NCBI GenBank assembly: GCA_963676835.2 | Contig: CAXXFF010000001.1 | Coordinates: 320,001 to 384,000, forward strand | Reading direction: 5' to 3' | Length of the DNA: 64,000 bases | Source: Marispirochaeta sp. | Lineage (GTDB): Bacteria; Spirochaetota; Spirochaetia; JC444; Marispirochaetaceae | Shown: positions 1 through 12,195 of the stretch, piece by piece | How the letters are laid out: every line of letters begins with the position of its first letter | Position numbering within the stretch: position 1 is the stretch's first letter | Translations under genes and position numbers: made by a program | The notes under the pieces: generated by a model | Told to the model about the DNA's origin: nothing | Databases searched by the model: none | Seen by the model: only the letters and a program-made list of their open reading frames with translations

Positions 1-1003
1 AACTCAAAGAGTCTTCCTCCATGGCCGTGCTTTCACCGAAAAAATAGGTACTTGTCTGCAGGAACGCACCTTTTTCAAGGTCAAAACCTACTGAAGGATT
101 TACGATCATGCTATCCCGGAGTTGAAAGAAAAAGGGAAAAGCCATAACCGGCACGCGTCCGATATAGAATGTTGCCCCTTCAAGCAGCCATTCCCCGGGT
201 TCATATACCCAGATTTCATCCGCATCGATCCGGTACGACGGCGGGACTATCCGGCTGGAGGTGATACTTCCCTCCTGCATGTAGATGATTTCACTGGAGG
301 AGCGGGCTATTGTATCCCCATAAAAACTGAAGGTCAGTTCTTTCTCATTTACCGTCCGGTCCTGAAGCGTGTAGCCTTTAAGAAAGCGGCTTTCCCAGTT
401 TTCGATATTAACCGTCAGGCTTTCACCGTAAAAGGTCTCTTTCTGGGTGTCACCTTCGGTAAGCACATAGCGGACATTTCCATAGGCACTTAGATCTCCA
501 CTGGCCTGATTATACAGCAGTCTGTCGGCTTCAATTTTGTGCAGACTGCCCTCGCCGCTTGATTCAAGTTCGAGAACAATCCCTCCGGTGATTTCGATAT
601 ACCCTTCTTCCCGTTCTTCCAGGGTAAAATACCGGGTGGAATCAGCCGATTTAATCCGTATCTGCCGGGAATCACCATTTTCAACTGCTGCCAGGGCGGC
701 GGAATCGATGGAAAAATGGTCATACAGTCTGCGTCTGAGAGCGTCTGCGGTACCGCGGTAATCGAGATCGACAATTCGGCACCAGTTTTCAAGCTGGTAC
801 AGATCGGCGGTGGCTATATCCCAGGCGGTAAGCTTCAGATACTCATGGTCTGCGATTCTGCCGGTATTGCCGGTAACTTCGGTATTGCTTCCAGGCTTCA
901 CCGGGGACTGAGCTTCGGGGTTCTCCTGAGTAAAGAGGGGAATCTGCCCCGTAAATCCTACTGCCAGAATCAGCAGCAGGAATAGCCACACCCGCCTGCC
1001 CAC
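1..1003 (-). CDS. LptD-like outer-membrane assembly protein, N-terminal part (runs off the left edge)
   Basis: Not in the ORF track because there is no stop in the window. Manual translation from GTG at 1003: MGRRVWLFLLLILAVG (signal peptide)...HKIEADRLLYN...AYGNVRY...YRIDADEIWVYEPGEW...YIGRVPVMAFPFF...NPSVGFDLEKGAFLQT, resembling the LptD N-terminal region. Confidence 0.65.
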   Translation of the reverse strand, partial: MGRRVWLFLLLILAVGFTGQIPLFTQENPEAQSPVKPGSNTEVTGNTGRIADHEYLKLTAWDIATADLYQLENWCRIVDLDYRGTADALRRRLYDHFSIDSAALAAVENGDSRQIRIKSADSTRYFTLEEREEGYIEITGGIVLELESSGEGSLHKIEADRLLYNQASGDLSAYGNVRYVLTEGDTQKETFYGESLTVNIENWESRFLKGYTLQDRTVNEKELTFSFYGDTIARSSSEIIYMQEGSITSSRIVPPSYRIDADEIWVYEPGEWLLEGATFYIGRVPVMAFPFFFQLRDSMIVNPSVGFDLEKGAFLQTSTYFFGESTAMEEDSLS

Positions 1004-1006
1004 GGG

Positions 1007-3826
1007 TTACTCAAAGACTCCGGATAAAAACTTTCCGGTATATGAACCGGGAGCAGCACAAATATCCTCAGGAGTACCGGCAGCCACTATGTGTCCGCCG
1101 TTGATCCCGCCTTCAGGGCCGAGGTCGATTATATGATCCGCCTGCTTGAGAACATCAAGATTATGCTCAATAAGAACAACGGTATTCCCCTTTTCTACAA
1201 GAAGCTGCAGAACTTCGAGAAGCTTTTTAACATCTGCAAAATGCAAGCCTGTGGTGGGTTCGTCAAGAATATAAAAGGTTTTTCCCGTACTGCGCTTTGA
1301 AAGTTCCAGAGAGAGCTTAACCCGCTGAGCCTCCCCTCCGGAAAGGGTTAGAGCAGACTGCCCCAGTTTTACGTAATCCAGCCCTACAGCCTTGAGGGTA
1401 TCCAGGCGGCGCTTAACCGATGGAATCTTGTCAAAGAACTCAGCAGCCTCCTCAATGGACATGTCCAGTACATCGTGAATATTTTTCCCCTTGTAGCGCA
1501 CATCGAGGGTCTCTTTATTAAAACGCTTGCCCTTGCAGACATCGCAGGTTATGTAGACGTCGGGTAGAAAATGCATCTCTATTTTGATTGTACCATCGCC
1601 CTGACAGTTTTCACAGCGCCCGCCTTTTACATTGAAGGAGAACCGGCCCGGCTTGTAACCCCGTGCCTTACTCTCCGGCAGTGACGCAAAAAGCTCCCGT
1701 ATAGGCGTAAACAGGCCTACATAGGTAGCCGGATTGGACCGGGGCGAACGGCCGATGGGGCTCTGATCGATATTAATAACCTTGTCTATCTCTTCGATAC
1801 CTTCCACAGAATCATACTCCCCTTCCTCAATTTTTGAAGGGTTGGTAAGGTTGTGGAGGATAGGATAGAGGAGATCTCCCATAAGGGTTGATTTTCCGGA
1901 ACCGGATACACCGGCTATAACCGTGAAGGTTCCCAGGGGAAACGCCACATCCACGTTTTTAAGGTTATGCTCTCTGGCACCCTTTATGGTGATCAACTTT
2001 CCATTACCGCTGCGGCGCTTTTCCGGAACATGAATCTGCAGATCCCCCCGGAGATACTGGCCGGTAAGACTCTCTTTTGAGGCCATAATCTCACTCAGGG
2101 TGCCCGCAGCGATAACCTCCCCGCCATGTACACCGGCACCGGGACCAAGATCTACAATATAATCTGCGGTTTTGAGGGTCATATCGTCATGCTCCACAAC
2201 GATAAGGGTATTCCCCAGATCACGCAGATGGCAGAGGGTATCAATTAATCGCTGATTATCCCGCTGATGCAGACCGATGGTGGGTTCATCCAGAATATAG
2301 AGAACTCCAACCAACTGTGAGCCTATCTGTGTGGCAAGCCTGATACGCTGGGCTTCCCCGCCGGAAAGAGTTGCGGCCTTCCGTTCAAGGGTCAGATACT
2401 CAAGGCCTACGCTCTTCATGAAGGTCAGCCTGTCGCGGATCTCCTTCATAATCTGGGAGGAAATGTGTATCTCCGTTTCAGACAGCTTCATGGCATCCGC
2501 AAAGGAGAGCAGTTCCTGAACCGATTTACAGGTGAGATCATGGATACTTTTATCACCAACGGTTACCGCCAGAGCTTCCGGCTTAAGTCTTTTTCCTCCG
2601 CAGGCGGTACAGGGTTTCTGACGCATGAACCCTTCCAGCCAGTCCTTTATGCCGTCGGAACTGGTTTCCATATAGCGGCGCTTGAGATCCCGCAGCACCC
2701 CTTTGAAAGATGAAGAGTATTCAAACTTCCCCGTCTTTTTGCGGTTAACATAGGTAATATCAATTACCTCTTCCGAACCGTGGAGCAGAATATGCCTCAC
2801 TTCATGATCCAGATCCTTAATAGGGGTATCCAGATCGAAGCCGAAATGGTCGGCCAGGGACTCAAACCAGCTGCGGTGCCAGGCAGATTCGGGATTGTGG
2901 GTTTTTATTGCTCCGTCATTGAAGGAGAGAGAATCATCGGGAATGACCAGATCCTCTTCGAACTCCATGGTAATGCCCAGACCGGCACAGGCATCGCAGG
3001 CGCCGTAGGGGTTATTGAAGCTGAAGAGCCGGGGCTGAAGTTCGGGAATGCTGATATTGCAGTCGGGGCATGAGTTTTTCTGACTGAAAAAGTCCTCCCG
3101 GTCTCCCTGATCATCCTTGAGAACCGCAATTACCTGACCATCTGCAACTTCCAGAGCTGTTTCCACCGATTCTGCCAGGCGTTTCCGGACTTCCGGACTT
3201 ATCTTAAGCCTGTCCACCACTATTTCCAGGCTGTGTTTCTGTTTTTTATTAAGGTTTATCTCTTCATCCAGGGAGACAACATCGCCGTTTACCCGCATCC
3301 TGGCAAATCCAGCCTTTGATGCGTCTTCAATAATCTTACGGTGTTCCCCTTTTTTGCCACGGACAACAGGGGCCAGGATCATTACACGGCTGCCATCGGG
3401 ATAATCGAGAATGGTATCGAGAATCTGGTCTACCGACTGCTCCCTTATAACCTTGCCGCAGGAGGGGCAATGGGGAACACCTATTCGGGCATAGAGAAGG
3501 CGGAGATAATCATATATTTCCGTTACCGTGCCCACCGTCGACCGGGGATTCCGGTGGGTTGTTTTCTGTTCTATGGAGATTGCCGGTGAGAGCCCTTCGA
3601 TGTAATCAACATCGGGTTTGTCCATACGGCCGAGAAATTGCCGGGCATAGGCGGAAAGGGATTCCACGTAGCGCCGCTGTCCTTCCGCAAATATTGTGTC
3701 AAATGCAAGGGAAGATTTCCCGCTCCCGGATAATCCGGAAATAACCACCAGAGAGTCACGGGGAAGCTCAAGATCGATGTTCTTGAGGTTATGTTCCCGT
3801 GCTCCTTTAATAATGAGATTTTTCAT
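1007..3826 (-). CDS. uvrA: Excinuclease ABC subunit A
   Basis: GAREHNLKN twice, two Walker A ([16 protein letters not shown]), two LSGGEAQR signatures, Zn fingers; 939 aa. Confidence 0.99.
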   Translation of the reverse strand: MKNLIIKGAREHNLKNIDLELPRDSLVVISGLSGSGKSSLAFDTIFAEGQRRYVESLSAYARQFLGRMDKPDVDYIEGLSPAISIEQKTTHRNPRSTVGTVTEIYDYLRLLYARIGVPHCPSCGKVIREQSVDQILDTILDYPDGSRVMILAPVVRGKKGEHRKIIEDASKAGFARMRVNGDVVSLDEEINLNKKQKHSLEIVVDRLKISPEVRKRLAESVETALEVADGQVIAVLKDDQGDREDFFSQKNSCPDCNISIPELQPRLFSFNNPYGACDACAGLGITMEFEEDLVIPDDSLSFNDGAIKTHNPESAWHRSWFESLADHFGFDLDTPIKDLDHEVRHILLHGSEEVIDITYVNRKKTGKFEYSSSFKGVLRDLKRRYMETSSDGIKDWLEGFMRQKPCTACGGKRLKPEALAVTVGDKSIHDLTCKSVQELLSFADAMKLSETEIHISSQIMKEIRDRLTFMKSVGLEYLTLERKAATLSGGEAQRIRLATQIGSQLVGVLYILDEPTIGLHQRDNQRLIDTLCHLRDLGNTLIVVEHDDMTLKTADYIVDLGPGAGVHGGEVIAAGTLSEIMASKESLTGQYLRGDLQIHVPEKRRSGNGKLITIKGAREHNLKNVDVAFPLGTFTVIAGVSGSGKSTLMGDLLYPILHNLTNPSKIEEGEYDSVEGIEEIDKVINIDQSPIGRSPRSNPATYVGLFTPIRELFASLPESKARGYKPGRFSFNVKGGRCENCQGDGTIKIEMHFLPDVYITCDVCKGKRFNKETLDVRYKGKNIHDVLDMSIEEAAEFFDKIPSVKRRLDTLKAVGLDYVKLGQSALTLSGGEAQRVKLSLELSKRSTGKTFYILDEPTTGLHFADVKKLLEVLQLLVEKGNTVVLIEHNLDVLKQADHIIDLGPEGGINGGHIVAAGTPEDICAAPGSYTGKFLSGVFE

Positions 3827-3967
3827 ACATCCTCAGGGCAAAACGGTAACCAAAAACGAGGGAATAGGCAAGCTTGGACTCTTTCAAATGGCTGTATTTT
3901 TTTTAATAGCCTGAATAGTGAAACGATGAGGAGAAATTACGGTTAGCGCTGCCTTAAAAAAGAGCAA

Positions 3968-4888
3968 TCAGAAGAAGTAAAAGAAATCCTTTGAAGTTAT
4001 CACCGGTTCGATATAGGGATCGGCAAGCTGTGAAATTGCCCGGTTCCGCCACTGGGTCTCAGTAAAAACATCCCTCACCAGGGTCATAATCTCCCTGAAA
4101 CTGGCGATTTCACCCTGGGCATACATGGCAGCACCAAGATAGTAAAACAGGGCTGCTGCATGGGTCTGATTCAGAAACTCGGCGGATTTCTCCAAAGCAA
4201 GTGCGCCTTCAAGAACTTCGCCGGGAGTTGTGAATTCTGTAAAAGGCGCTGAATTATGCAGATATTCCAGTGAACGGGTAAGCACCGTAAGCCCTGCGGT
4301 CATGAGGTGAACCGAAGCATCAGAATACCTACCGGTACGGTAGTAGAATAGACCCAGTTCTGCATGGGAAAGAAAATAGGCCCCACGATCCAGACGATAC
4401 AGCTTGAAAACCTGCTCCAGCCCCTGGTCACTCAAAACCCGCAGCATGGCGGCCTGCATGGTCATATTCTCCGGAGTATCATATTCCTTATCGATATTAA
4501 GGATGGCCAGGAGCTCTGTTTCAAAACGGGGAAACTCCTGCTTGAGTTTGTACAGTCTGGCAAGACGCTCCCGGATGCTGATCTCCTGCTGCAGAACATA
4601 GAGCTGGTGCCGGTAATCCAGCGCCGTGGTATACTCTTTTTCGGCAAGCCCCAACTCCCCTTCTTCCTCGAAAACCCGGCCTACCCAGTAATGGGCTTCC
4701 GGCATGAGGGAATCGCCGGAGAGGATAGATCTGAACAACAAAAGGGCATCGCCGAATTCTCCCTCCTCAAAAGCCACCTTTCCCCGTTCGAGTACCAGCC
4801 ATTCGGGCTCTGCCTTCTCTGAATCCTGTGCTATTACACTGAAAGAGAACAGGGAGAGGGCTGAAACAAGCAGGAGAATCCTTCTCAT
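3968..4888 (-). CDS. Exported TPR-repeat protein
   Basis: Signal peptide then TPR-like helices (AHYWVGRVFEEEG, LGLFYYRTGRYSDA); overlaps the ispG stop. Confidence 0.75.
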   Translation of the reverse strand: MRRILLLVSALSLFSFSVIAQDSEKAEPEWLVLERGKVAFEEGEFGDALLLFRSILSGDSLMPEAHYWVGRVFEEEGELGLAEKEYTTALDYRHQLYVLQQEISIRERLARLYKLKQEFPRFETELLAILNIDKEYDTPENMTMQAAMLRVLSDQGLEQVFKLYRLDRGAYFLSHAELGLFYYRTGRYSDASVHLMTAGLTVLTRSLEYLHNSAPFTEFTTPGEVLEGALALEKSAEFLNQTHAAALFYYLGAAMYAQGEIASFREIMTLVRDVFTETQWRNRAISQLADPYIEPVITSKDFFYFF

Positions 4889-5943
4889 TTTGCAAGCTCC
4901 CTGACTTCTTCCATCAGAGATTCAAGAGCCTTGTCCATGGGGACCTTCCGCTTAAGCTCGCCTTTTAAAAATATAACAGCTTCGTTCCCCGCACCGGTAA
5001 TTCCAACATCAGCATGACGAGCCTCTTCCGGTCCGTTTACAACGCAGCCCATAACGGCCACAGTAATGGGCTTTTCTATCTGGTAGAGCTCTTTCTGTAT
5101 GTCCCGGGCAATCTGATGGACCGGAAACTCCGACCTTCCGCAGCGCGGACAGGAGACGATATCAACTCCGCCCTTACGCAGGCCTGCTTCCCGCAGAATT
5201 TCCCTGCCGGTAATAATCTCATCCTCTTCGGGAGAAGATAAACTGACCCGTATAGTGGCGCCGATCCCCTCTTCCAGTAGTCTGGTTAGAGCACGGGTAT
5301 TTTTAACAATGCCGGGGATTAGAGGGCCTGCTTCGGTGACCCCTAAATGGAGGGGGAAATCGTACCGGGAAGCGAATTCCCTGTTTACCGCCATGGTGTT
5401 ATCGGCGGAGGAGGATTTTATGGAAAAAAGGGCATTACGGAAGTTTTCCGCTTCCAGAAACTCAATCTCCCGCTCTGCGGCTTTGAGCATTCCTTCAACC
5501 TGAGGCAGATCCCGAAGGTCCTTCGGCAGGGACCCTCCGTTTATACCTACCCGGATAGGTATGTGCTTATCAGCGGCCTTGGCCAGAACCTCTTTAACCT
5601 TCCAGGAGGCTCCGATATTTCCCGGGTTAATCCTTACTTTCTGTACCCCGTCCATTACAATAAGGGCGAGTTTATGATCAAAATGAATATCCGCTACGAT
5701 AGGCAGAGGGGCATTCTTCCCGATTTCGGCAAGAAGATGGGCATTTTCTTCATCCGGTACGGCAAAACGGATAATATCGCAGCCCATGGTGGCAAAACTC
5801 CGCAATGCCGACATAAGCTCTTCCCGGTCCACCGGAATTGCCCTCTTCCACATGGTCTGTATGGAAACCTTTGAATCGCCCCCCATGGGCACCTGGCCTA
5901 CATGCATGGAGCGGGTGTTATTTCTGCTTATTATTGAACTCAT
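4885..5943 (-). CDS. ispG: (E)-4-hydroxy-3-methylbut-2-enyl-diphosphate synthase
   Basis: VADIHFD, RINPGNIG, LHLGVTEAG, SCPRCGR, VMGCVVNGP motifs. Confidence 0.97.
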   Translation of the reverse strand: MSSIISRNNTRSMHVGQVPMGGDSKVSIQTMWKRAIPVDREELMSALRSFATMGCDIIRFAVPDEENAHLLAEIGKNAPLPIVADIHFDHKLALIVMDGVQKVRINPGNIGASWKVKEVLAKAADKHIPIRVGINGGSLPKDLRDLPQVEGMLKAAEREIEFLEAENFRNALFSIKSSSADNTMAVNREFASRYDFPLHLGVTEAGPLIPGIVKNTRALTRLLEEGIGATIRVSLSSPEEDEIITGREILREAGLRKGGVDIVSCPRCGRSEFPVHQIARDIQKELYQIEKPITVAVMGCVVNGPEEARHADVGITGAGNEAVIFLKGELKRKVPMDKALESLMEEVRELAK

Positions 5944-6008
5944 CTGTTAAAGATTATCGGCAAAAGGGGGGATTTGCCAAGACGGGAACCGTTAATTGCT
6001 GTAAATGT

Positions 6009-6036
6009 AAAAAGCCTTCCGGAAATCCGGAAGGCT
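6009..6036 (-). terminator. Intrinsic terminator of the V/A-ATPase operon
   Basis: Perfect stem AGCCTTCCGGA/TCCGGAAGGCT with an A-run on its left (T-tail on the minus strand), about 60 nt after the subunit K stop. Confidence 0.85.
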
Positions 6037-6093
6037 CTGATCATGTTTGTTAACCGATCTTAGATGATATCTGTCTTTTAGATAGTACCTCTT

Positions 6094-6516
6094 TTAGATA
6101 GTGCCCAGGAGGAATACCATAACAAAGAGTGCAACGGTTTCTACCAGACCAAGAACCATCATGTAGTTAACAAAACCCTTTCCGGTTTCAGCAAGAGCAT
6201 CGGAAGCTGCAGCACCGGCCTTACCCTGGAAGGCTGCAGAGAATCCCATTGCGATACCGCCGAAAAGACCGATTCCCAGATGAGCAGGGGTAGGATTCTG
6301 AACAGCCATAAGGGAGTTCATCAGGATCATACCGTAGATAATCTGAGTGAGGGGTGCGCCGACAAATGCTACCAGAAGGAAGGGTGCGGGCCGGTTCTGG
6401 GCGAAACATTTCTTCCAGGCTCCGACAGCCGCCATACCTGCAGCTCCCGCTCCAATTGCGGAACCCATTGCCGCGAACGCTATTGCTGCGGAAAAGCCAA
6501 GCAAACCAAAATTCAT
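6094..6516 (-). CDS. atpK: V/A-type ATP synthase subunit K (4-TM proteolipid)
   Basis: Gly/Ala-rich helices; LTQIIYG, FQGK and VET motifs; position in operon. Confidence 0.95.
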   Translation of the reverse strand: MNFGLLGFSAAIAFAAMGSAIGAGAAGMAAVGAWKKCFAQNRPAPFLLVAFVGAPLTQIIYGMILMNSLMAVQNPTPAHLGIGLFGGIAMGFSAAFQGKAGAAASDALAETGKGFVNYMMVLGLVETVALFVMVFLLGTI

Positions 6517-6587
6517 AAGTTGCTCCTTACAAAATTATATTCGATCTATACTCGATCCCCGCCACTGTCGGGGATACAGCACCAAAA

Positions 6588-8435
6588 TTATGCCGCCCTG
6601 CGGGCGAACGGTTCGTAGGCGTATCCGGACCACTCGAGACCGAGCTGACCGGAGTACTCCAGCATGTTGAGACGAATACCGTGAACGATAATCGACATAA
6701 GCGCCAGGATTATATTCAGTCCGTGACCGACGATAAGCATGGCAACTGCCCCGATTGCAGCAGGTCCGGTGAAGCCGATGGAGGCAGCCATTGCATTAAA
6801 ACTGGCGGCCACAGCAACACTTGAAAGCCCCACCGCAAAGAGGCGGATATAGGAGATAATGTTCGAGAAGGAACTTACTCCGTCAAGGAAGTTCAGCAGC
6901 AGGTTTATCGGATTAAGACCTGCGAGCATATCCTTGAAGAAATGGCCCTGCTGATTGGAAAACAGTACGATCAGTACGAATCCCGCTACCGCAAGAGGCA
7001 GAATATAGGGAGTGAGCTCCAAACCGCTGAAGGAAGTTATACCAAGTACAATATTGAGAGCCAGGAAGAACAAGCCCCACAGGAGTGAAAGCCAGCCGAG
7101 ATGCTCAAAAGCCTTGGGACTCGGCAGAGTTCTGATGAACATTTCAATCCGGGCGATACTCAGCTGGGCGACGCCGATGATGAAACAGATGAGCTGAACC
7201 ATCATCACCGAGTCAATACCTTCCTGAGCGTAACTGGCTATCTGGGGAATTATCAGCTTGTTCAGAGGGCCCCATGATGCAATACTTTCCGATCCGAACC
7301 AGGTTCCCGTAATGGTACCCCACACCACTATTGCCGATGAAAGCATTATCACCAGCTTCAGAGGCAGCTTTGCACTTTCCGGGGCCTTCATCAGTCCCCA
7401 TCCTGCAAGTCCGAGAAAGATAAGTCCATAGCCGGCATCACCTACAATCATAGCCACAAAGATGGTGAATGCAGTAAGAAAAACCAGGCTGATGTCAAAC
7501 TCACGGTATCCCGGTAAGGTTCCCATGAGGTCAAAAATGGGTTTAGCCATTTTTATGGGACCCTTTCGCTCAACCAGAGTCGGGACATACTCTTCCTCGA
7601 TGGGATCGCGGAACATAATGCCCCAGCTGTTATCCGACGCCGCTTTTCTCAGCTCGCCCATGCGGTTAACCGGAACAAAGCCCTGAAGAAACACCAGCTG
7701 ATCATCCTGACCGACACCGGCTTTTACCTCTTCAAATGCATGATCTTCCGCAAGATCGGCAGCATAATTTTTCAGTGCTGCGGTATAGGCGAGCTCCTTC
7801 TGCAGCAGCCCGTTCAGTTCGGTTATTCTTCTGCCGGCAGATTCAAGATCAAGCTTGAGAGCGCTAAGCCCTTTTTCCGGCAGAGTAACGGCCTGCGCCT
7901 CTCCCGGAAGTTCCTCTGCACCGTTTACCGAAGCAAACAAGGTAAAAGAACCGTTTTCTCCTACAGAAAAGAATCCGTCCATGGAGGATAGCATTCCTGC
8001 TGATTTTTTTGGAATCTGCACCAGGTTGATACTGATACCATCTTCAGCCAAAGCTTTTATATCCGCCGGATCGAAGTCTCCCCAGGGTGCGAGAAACTCC
8101 ATGTCCTTACCGATTTTAAGCTGCGCCTCCATAAGGCTTTTCTTTTCAGTCAGTAATTCATTTATTTCAGCAGTCTTCTCTTCCGCCGCAAGGGGGGCAA
8201 GGTCAACCTGCTTGATATCTTTATCTTTCTTACTCTTAAGCGATTCAGCCACTGTTTCCAGACCGAGCAGGGCCCGGGACGCTTTGTCACTTTTTTCCTT
8301 GACCATATCCAGGGCCTCGGAAGTTCCCGAACAGTCTTCAAGGTGGACCACCCCGAGCTCTCTCAATGCCTTGAGGGATGCTTCCCGGTAGGCATCGAGG
8401 AGAATAAGGTAGACCTTTTTCATTGCAACAATCAT
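6588..8435 (-). CDS. atpI: V/A-type ATP synthase subunit I
   Basis: GDAGYG, SYIRLFAVGL, HGIRLNMLE motifs. Confidence 0.96.
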   Translation of the reverse strand: MIVAMKKVYLILLDAYREASLKALRELGVVHLEDCSGTSEALDMVKEKSDKASRALLGLETVAESLKSKKDKDIKQVDLAPLAAEEKTAEINELLTEKKSLMEAQLKIGKDMEFLAPWGDFDPADIKALAEDGISINLVQIPKKSAGMLSSMDGFFSVGENGSFTLFASVNGAEELPGEAQAVTLPEKGLSALKLDLESAGRRITELNGLLQKELAYTAALKNYAADLAEDHAFEEVKAGVGQDDQLVFLQGFVPVNRMGELRKAASDNSWGIMFRDPIEEEYVPTLVERKGPIKMAKPIFDLMGTLPGYREFDISLVFLTAFTIFVAMIVGDAGYGLIFLGLAGWGLMKAPESAKLPLKLVIMLSSAIVVWGTITGTWFGSESIASWGPLNKLIIPQIASYAQEGIDSVMMVQLICFIIGVAQLSIARIEMFIRTLPSPKAFEHLGWLSLLWGLFFLALNIVLGITSFSGLELTPYILPLAVAGFVLIVLFSNQQGHFFKDMLAGLNPINLLLNFLDGVSSFSNIISYIRLFAVGLSSVAVAASFNAMAASIGFTGPAAIGAVAMLIVGHGLNIILALMSIIVHGIRLNMLEYSGQLGLEWSGYAYEPFARRAA

Positions 8436-8453
8436 GCTGTTCTCATCCCCTTT

Positions 8454-9056
8454 TTACGCTTCTGCAGCCTCAACGACCTTGGACTTGGCCATTTTTCCCC
8501 GGACAACCGCAGCGGTCTGCTGGTCTCCCAGGTAAATCTGGATTTTCCGGATATTGTTCTTTGCTTCGGGTATTTTAACCTTCTCAAAAAGGTTTACCCG
8601 CTGGGAGGTAGTTCTGAGCTCTTCTTCCAGCAGTTCCCGCTGGCGCTGAAGAACAGCAACCTCCGCATCAAAGGCAATAAGATCCTTGAGGGCTTTAATG
8701 CCCTTATCAACCCAGAGAGGTGTCTCCATAAGATCCCACTCTATGGATTTATAGGTCAGCTCGCTGAACACAGGCACATCCACACCGGCGATATTACTCA
8801 CATCGGTGACGATCTTATCCAGCTCAACGTACTTGTCCAGGGTTATCTCATCGCCGAAAACGGCAATCCAGTGCTGCATGGAGTCCCGAACAGCCTGCTG
8901 CTTCTGCCGCAGCTCCTGTTCCTGGGCTTCCACCTGCCGGATAACCAGCTGCAGCTGCTGTTTTTTCAGCTGCAGGGTTGGCAGATAACGCTGAAAACGC
9001 TTGAGAGAATCCTTCTGCTTTTTCAGCTCATTCTTTGTCAGTTTGACGGCGGCCAT
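8454..9056 (-). CDS. atpD: V/A-type ATP synthase subunit D
   Basis: LPTLQLKK, TSQRVNLFEKVKIP. Confidence 0.96.
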   Translation of the reverse strand: MAAVKLTKNELKKQKDSLKRFQRYLPTLQLKKQQLQLVIRQVEAQEQELRQKQQAVRDSMQHWIAVFGDEITLDKYVELDKIVTDVSNIAGVDVPVFSELTYKSIEWDLMETPLWVDKGIKALKDLIAFDAEVAVLQRQRELLEEELRTTSQRVNLFEKVKIPEAKNNIRKIQIYLGDQQTAAVVRGKMAKSKVVEAAEA

Positions 9057-9070
9057 TTTTCACCCCCGCC

Positions 9071-10378
9071 TTATACAGCTGCGTCAGTCTTGGGCCAGAA
9101 CTTGTCTGTAAGAGAAGACCGCAGTCCGGTCTCTTCCTTTGTAAAACAGCTGGCCATCAGCTGCCATCCAAGATCCAGAGCCTCTTCGAGAGGGATATTT
9201 ACCGAAAGGTCCATCATCTTCTCTTCGAAAAGATCACCGTATTTCAACAGCTTTTCATCCCAGTCGGACATACGGAATCCCATGGATTTCTTTTCAAGCG
9301 ATTCCTTGTAGGAAGCGTAGAGCTTGATCATGCCGTCCATAAGGGCCCGGTGGTCATCACGGGTATCCTTGTTAACCTGCTGCTTCAGACGTGAGAGTGA
9401 ACCAAAGGGCTCAATACGGCCGTTCTTCAGGTAGTACTGTCCCTCGGTGATGTATCCGGTGTTGTCCGGTACCGGGTGGGTTACGTCATCACCGGGCATG
9501 GTTGTTACACCAAGGATAGTGATTGAACCTGCGCCTTCAAAGTCGACGGCCTTTTCGTAACGGGCTGCCAGCTGAGAATAAAGGTCTCCGGGGTAACCGC
9601 GGTTTGACGGTACCTGTTCCATGGTAATTGCGATCTCTTTCATTGCGTCGGCGTAGTTGGTCATATCTGTAAGCAGAACCAGAACTTTCTTACCCTTCAG
9701 GGCAAAACCTTCAGCTACCGCAAGACTGATATCCGGTACCAGCTGGGCTTCAACAATGGGGTCGGAGGCGGTGTGTACAAAGAAGATTGTACGGCTCATG
9801 GCACCGCCTGACTCAAGAGTCTCTTTAAAGTAGAGGTAGTCGTCGAACTTGAGTCCGATACCACCAAGGATAATAATGTCGACTTCCGCCTGAAGGGCAA
9901 TCCGCGCAAGAAGCTGGTTGTAGGGCTCTCCGGAAACGGAGAAGATCGGCAGCTTCTGGGATTCTACCAGTGAGTTGAAAACGTCGATCATGGGGATACC
10001 GGTACGTACCATGTTACGGGGTACAATACGCTTGGCAGGGTTTACCGAAGGTCCGCCGATTTCGATCATGTTTTCTTCAAGGGCAGGTCCGTTATCACGG
10101 GGCTTTCCGGAACCGTCGAAGATCCGTCCAAGAAGGTTGTCTGTAAAAGATACCTTCATTGAGTGACCCAGGAAGCGGACTTCGTCACCGGTGGAAATAC
10201 CACGGCCTCCGGCAAAAACCTGAAGGGAAACCTTTTCGCCTTTCATCCGGATAACCTCGGCAAGAGATTCACCGTGGGCGGAGGATATGGTGGCAAGGTC
10301 GCCGTAGTTTACATCGCTTGCAGAAACGGTAATTACGTTACCGGAGATTGCTTCTATTTTGCTGTATACCTTTCGCAT
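9071..10378 (-). CDS. atpB: V/A-type ATP synthase subunit B
   Basis: [34 protein letters not shown]. Confidence 0.97.
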   Translation of the reverse strand: MRKVYSKIEAISGNVITVSASDVNYGDLATISSAHGESLAEVIRMKGEKVSLQVFAGGRGISTGDEVRFLGHSMKVSFTDNLLGRIFDGSGKPRDNGPALEENMIEIGGPSVNPAKRIVPRNMVRTGIPMIDVFNSLVESQKLPIFSVSGEPYNQLLARIALQAEVDIIILGGIGLKFDDYLYFKETLESGGAMSRTIFFVHTASDPIVEAQLVPDISLAVAEGFALKGKKVLVLLTDMTNYADAMKEIAITMEQVPSNRGYPGDLYSQLAARYEKAVDFEGAGSITILGVTTMPGDDVTHPVPDNTGYITEGQYYLKNGRIEPFGSLSRLKQQVNKDTRDDHRALMDGMIKLYASYKESLEKKSMGFRMSDWDEKLLKYGDLFEEKMMDLSVNIPLEEALDLGWQLMASCFTKEETGLRSSLTDKFWPKTDAAV

Positions 10379-10398
10379 GTTCTCTCTCCCTTCCCCGC

Positions 10399-12165
10399 TT
10401 AGCTTACCGCGCCTTCAACAAGGCGGGCGGCTTTAGCCTCCATACCCTGGTGGCGCTCTTTGATCATTCCGAGGATCTTCTTTTCCAGTACTTCAAACTC
10501 GGAGGATTTCCACTGTGTACCGTTGTAGTCCAGGAACTGCTGTCTCAGACTGTTGAAGTAGGAACGGGCATCCTCTTTGCTCTCAAATTTCATGATGCCG
10601 CCGAGGACATCGAAAATGATATCGAAAATGTGATTCTGCCGTTCAACGGTTACAGAAAAGTCAACCGGATCGAAGGAGTTCTGCTGCAGATAAACCGCAT
10701 CCAGAAAGTCGCTCTTCAGGTAAAGAACAAAGTCATCCAGACTGGTTCCTTCTTCACCGACAACCTTCATCATCTGACCGATTTCATCGCCGCGGAAGAG
10801 CAGCGCCCGGGCATATTCAGTTCGTGGCTCGTCGATTGATCCTTCATATTTGGACCAGGAGTCCAGGGGGTGAATGGCAGGATACTTACGGGCATCGGAC
10901 CGTTCACGGGAGAGTCCATGGAACGCACCTACTACCTTCAGGGTTGCCTGGGTTACGGGCTCTTCGAAGTTACCACCCGCAGGAGAAACGGTACCGCCGA
11001 TGGTTACCGAACCGACACTGCCGTCCCTGAGGCGAACCACACCGGCACGCTCGTAAAAAGAGGCAATAGTTGATTCAAGGTATGCAGGGAAGGCCTCTTC
11101 ACCGGGGATCTCTTCGAGACGGCCGGACATTTCGCGCATGGCCTGTGCCCAGCGGCTGGTTGAGTCTGCAAGAAGAAGGACATGAAGTCCCATCTGCCGG
11201 TAATACTCCGCCAGGGTTACCGCGGTGTATACCGATGCTTCACGGGCGGCTACCGGCATGGAGCTGGTATTGGCAATGATGATGGTACGTTCCATCAGGG
11301 TCTTGCCGGTCCGCGGGTCCAGAAGTTCGGGAAACTCTTTAAGAGTCTCTACAACCTCACCGGCACGCTCACCGCAGGCCGCGACGATTACAACGTCTAC
11401 TTCGGCGTTACGGCTGGTAACCTGCTGAAGTACGGTTTTTCCCGCACCGAAAGGACCGGGGATACAGTAGGTACCGCCCCGGGCTACAGGCAGGAAGGTA
11501 TCGATGATACGAACCTTTGTTACCATTGGCTCAGTAGGCTTAAGTCTTTCTTCGTAAGCATTTACCGCCCGTTTTACCGGCCAGTCAAACTTCAATGTCA
11601 CTTCATGGGATTTACCATCTGAATCTTTCAGGGTTGCAACCTTATCGGTTACCGTAAACGATCCGCCCTCTGAAACAGATTCAACGGTGTAATCTCCAAG
11701 AAAGTTAAAGGGCACCATAATACGGTGCTTGAAAATTCCCTCCGGAACCGTTCCGACAGTATCTCCTGCACGGAGTACGTCACCGGCTTTTACCTCGGGA
11801 GTAAACTCCCATTTGGTGTCCCGGGGAAGTGAACTTAAATAAACACCCCGCTGCAGGAAGAATCCGCACTCTTCCGCCAGTTCGGGCAGGGGGTTCTGCA
11901 GACCGTCATAGATCTGACCAAGAAGTCCGGGACCGAGCTCTGCCGCGAGCATTTCACCGGTAAACTCGACCATGTTGCCGATACCGATTCCCCGGGTTAC
12001 TTCAAAAACCTGGACCTCGACGTTGTCGGCATTAACACGGATAACCTCCGCCTTAAGCCGCTGGTCGCCGACCAGGATGTATCCAACTTCATTCATGGAT
12101 ACCGTGCCTTCTACAGCAACGGTTACCATGTTTCCATTTATACCAACTACCTTTCCTTTCGTCAT
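10399..12165 (-). CDS. atpA: V/A-type ATP synthase subunit A
   Basis: [32 protein letters not shown]. Confidence 0.98.
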   Translation of the reverse strand: MTKGKVVGINGNMVTVAVEGTVSMNEVGYILVGDQRLKAEVIRVNADNVEVQVFEVTRGIGIGNMVEFTGEMLAAELGPGLLGQIYDGLQNPLPELAEECGFFLQRGVYLSSLPRDTKWEFTPEVKAGDVLRAGDTVGTVPEGIFKHRIMVPFNFLGDYTVESVSEGGSFTVTDKVATLKDSDGKSHEVTLKFDWPVKRAVNAYEERLKPTEPMVTKVRIIDTFLPVARGGTYCIPGPFGAGKTVLQQVTSRNAEVDVVIVAACGERAGEVVETLKEFPELLDPRTGKTLMERTIIIANTSSMPVAAREASVYTAVTLAEYYRQMGLHVLLLADSTSRWAQAMREMSGRLEEIPGEEAFPAYLESTIASFYERAGVVRLRDGSVGSVTIGGTVSPAGGNFEEPVTQATLKVVGAFHGLSRERSDARKYPAIHPLDSWSKYEGSIDEPRTEYARALLFRGDEIGQMMKVVGEEGTSLDDFVLYLKSDFLDAVYLQQNSFDPVDFSVTVERQNHIFDIIFDVLGGIMKFESKEDARSYFNSLRQQFLDYNGTQWKSSEFEVLEKKILGMIKERHQGMEAKAARLVEGAVS

Positions 12166-12195
12166 TGCTCTCTACTCCGCTTTCCCTTCAGTAGT

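Noticed and set aside
122..985. Track ORFs 122..493, 490..792, 537..761, 716..985
   Set aside because: Shadows of the LptD-like gene on the minus strand that runs off the window.
8343..9311. 322-aa plus-strand ORF and other long antisense ORFs (e.g. 62631..63425, 29061..29729, 47898..48575)
   Set aside because: Antisense to well-supported genes and lacking motifs; expected from codon bias.
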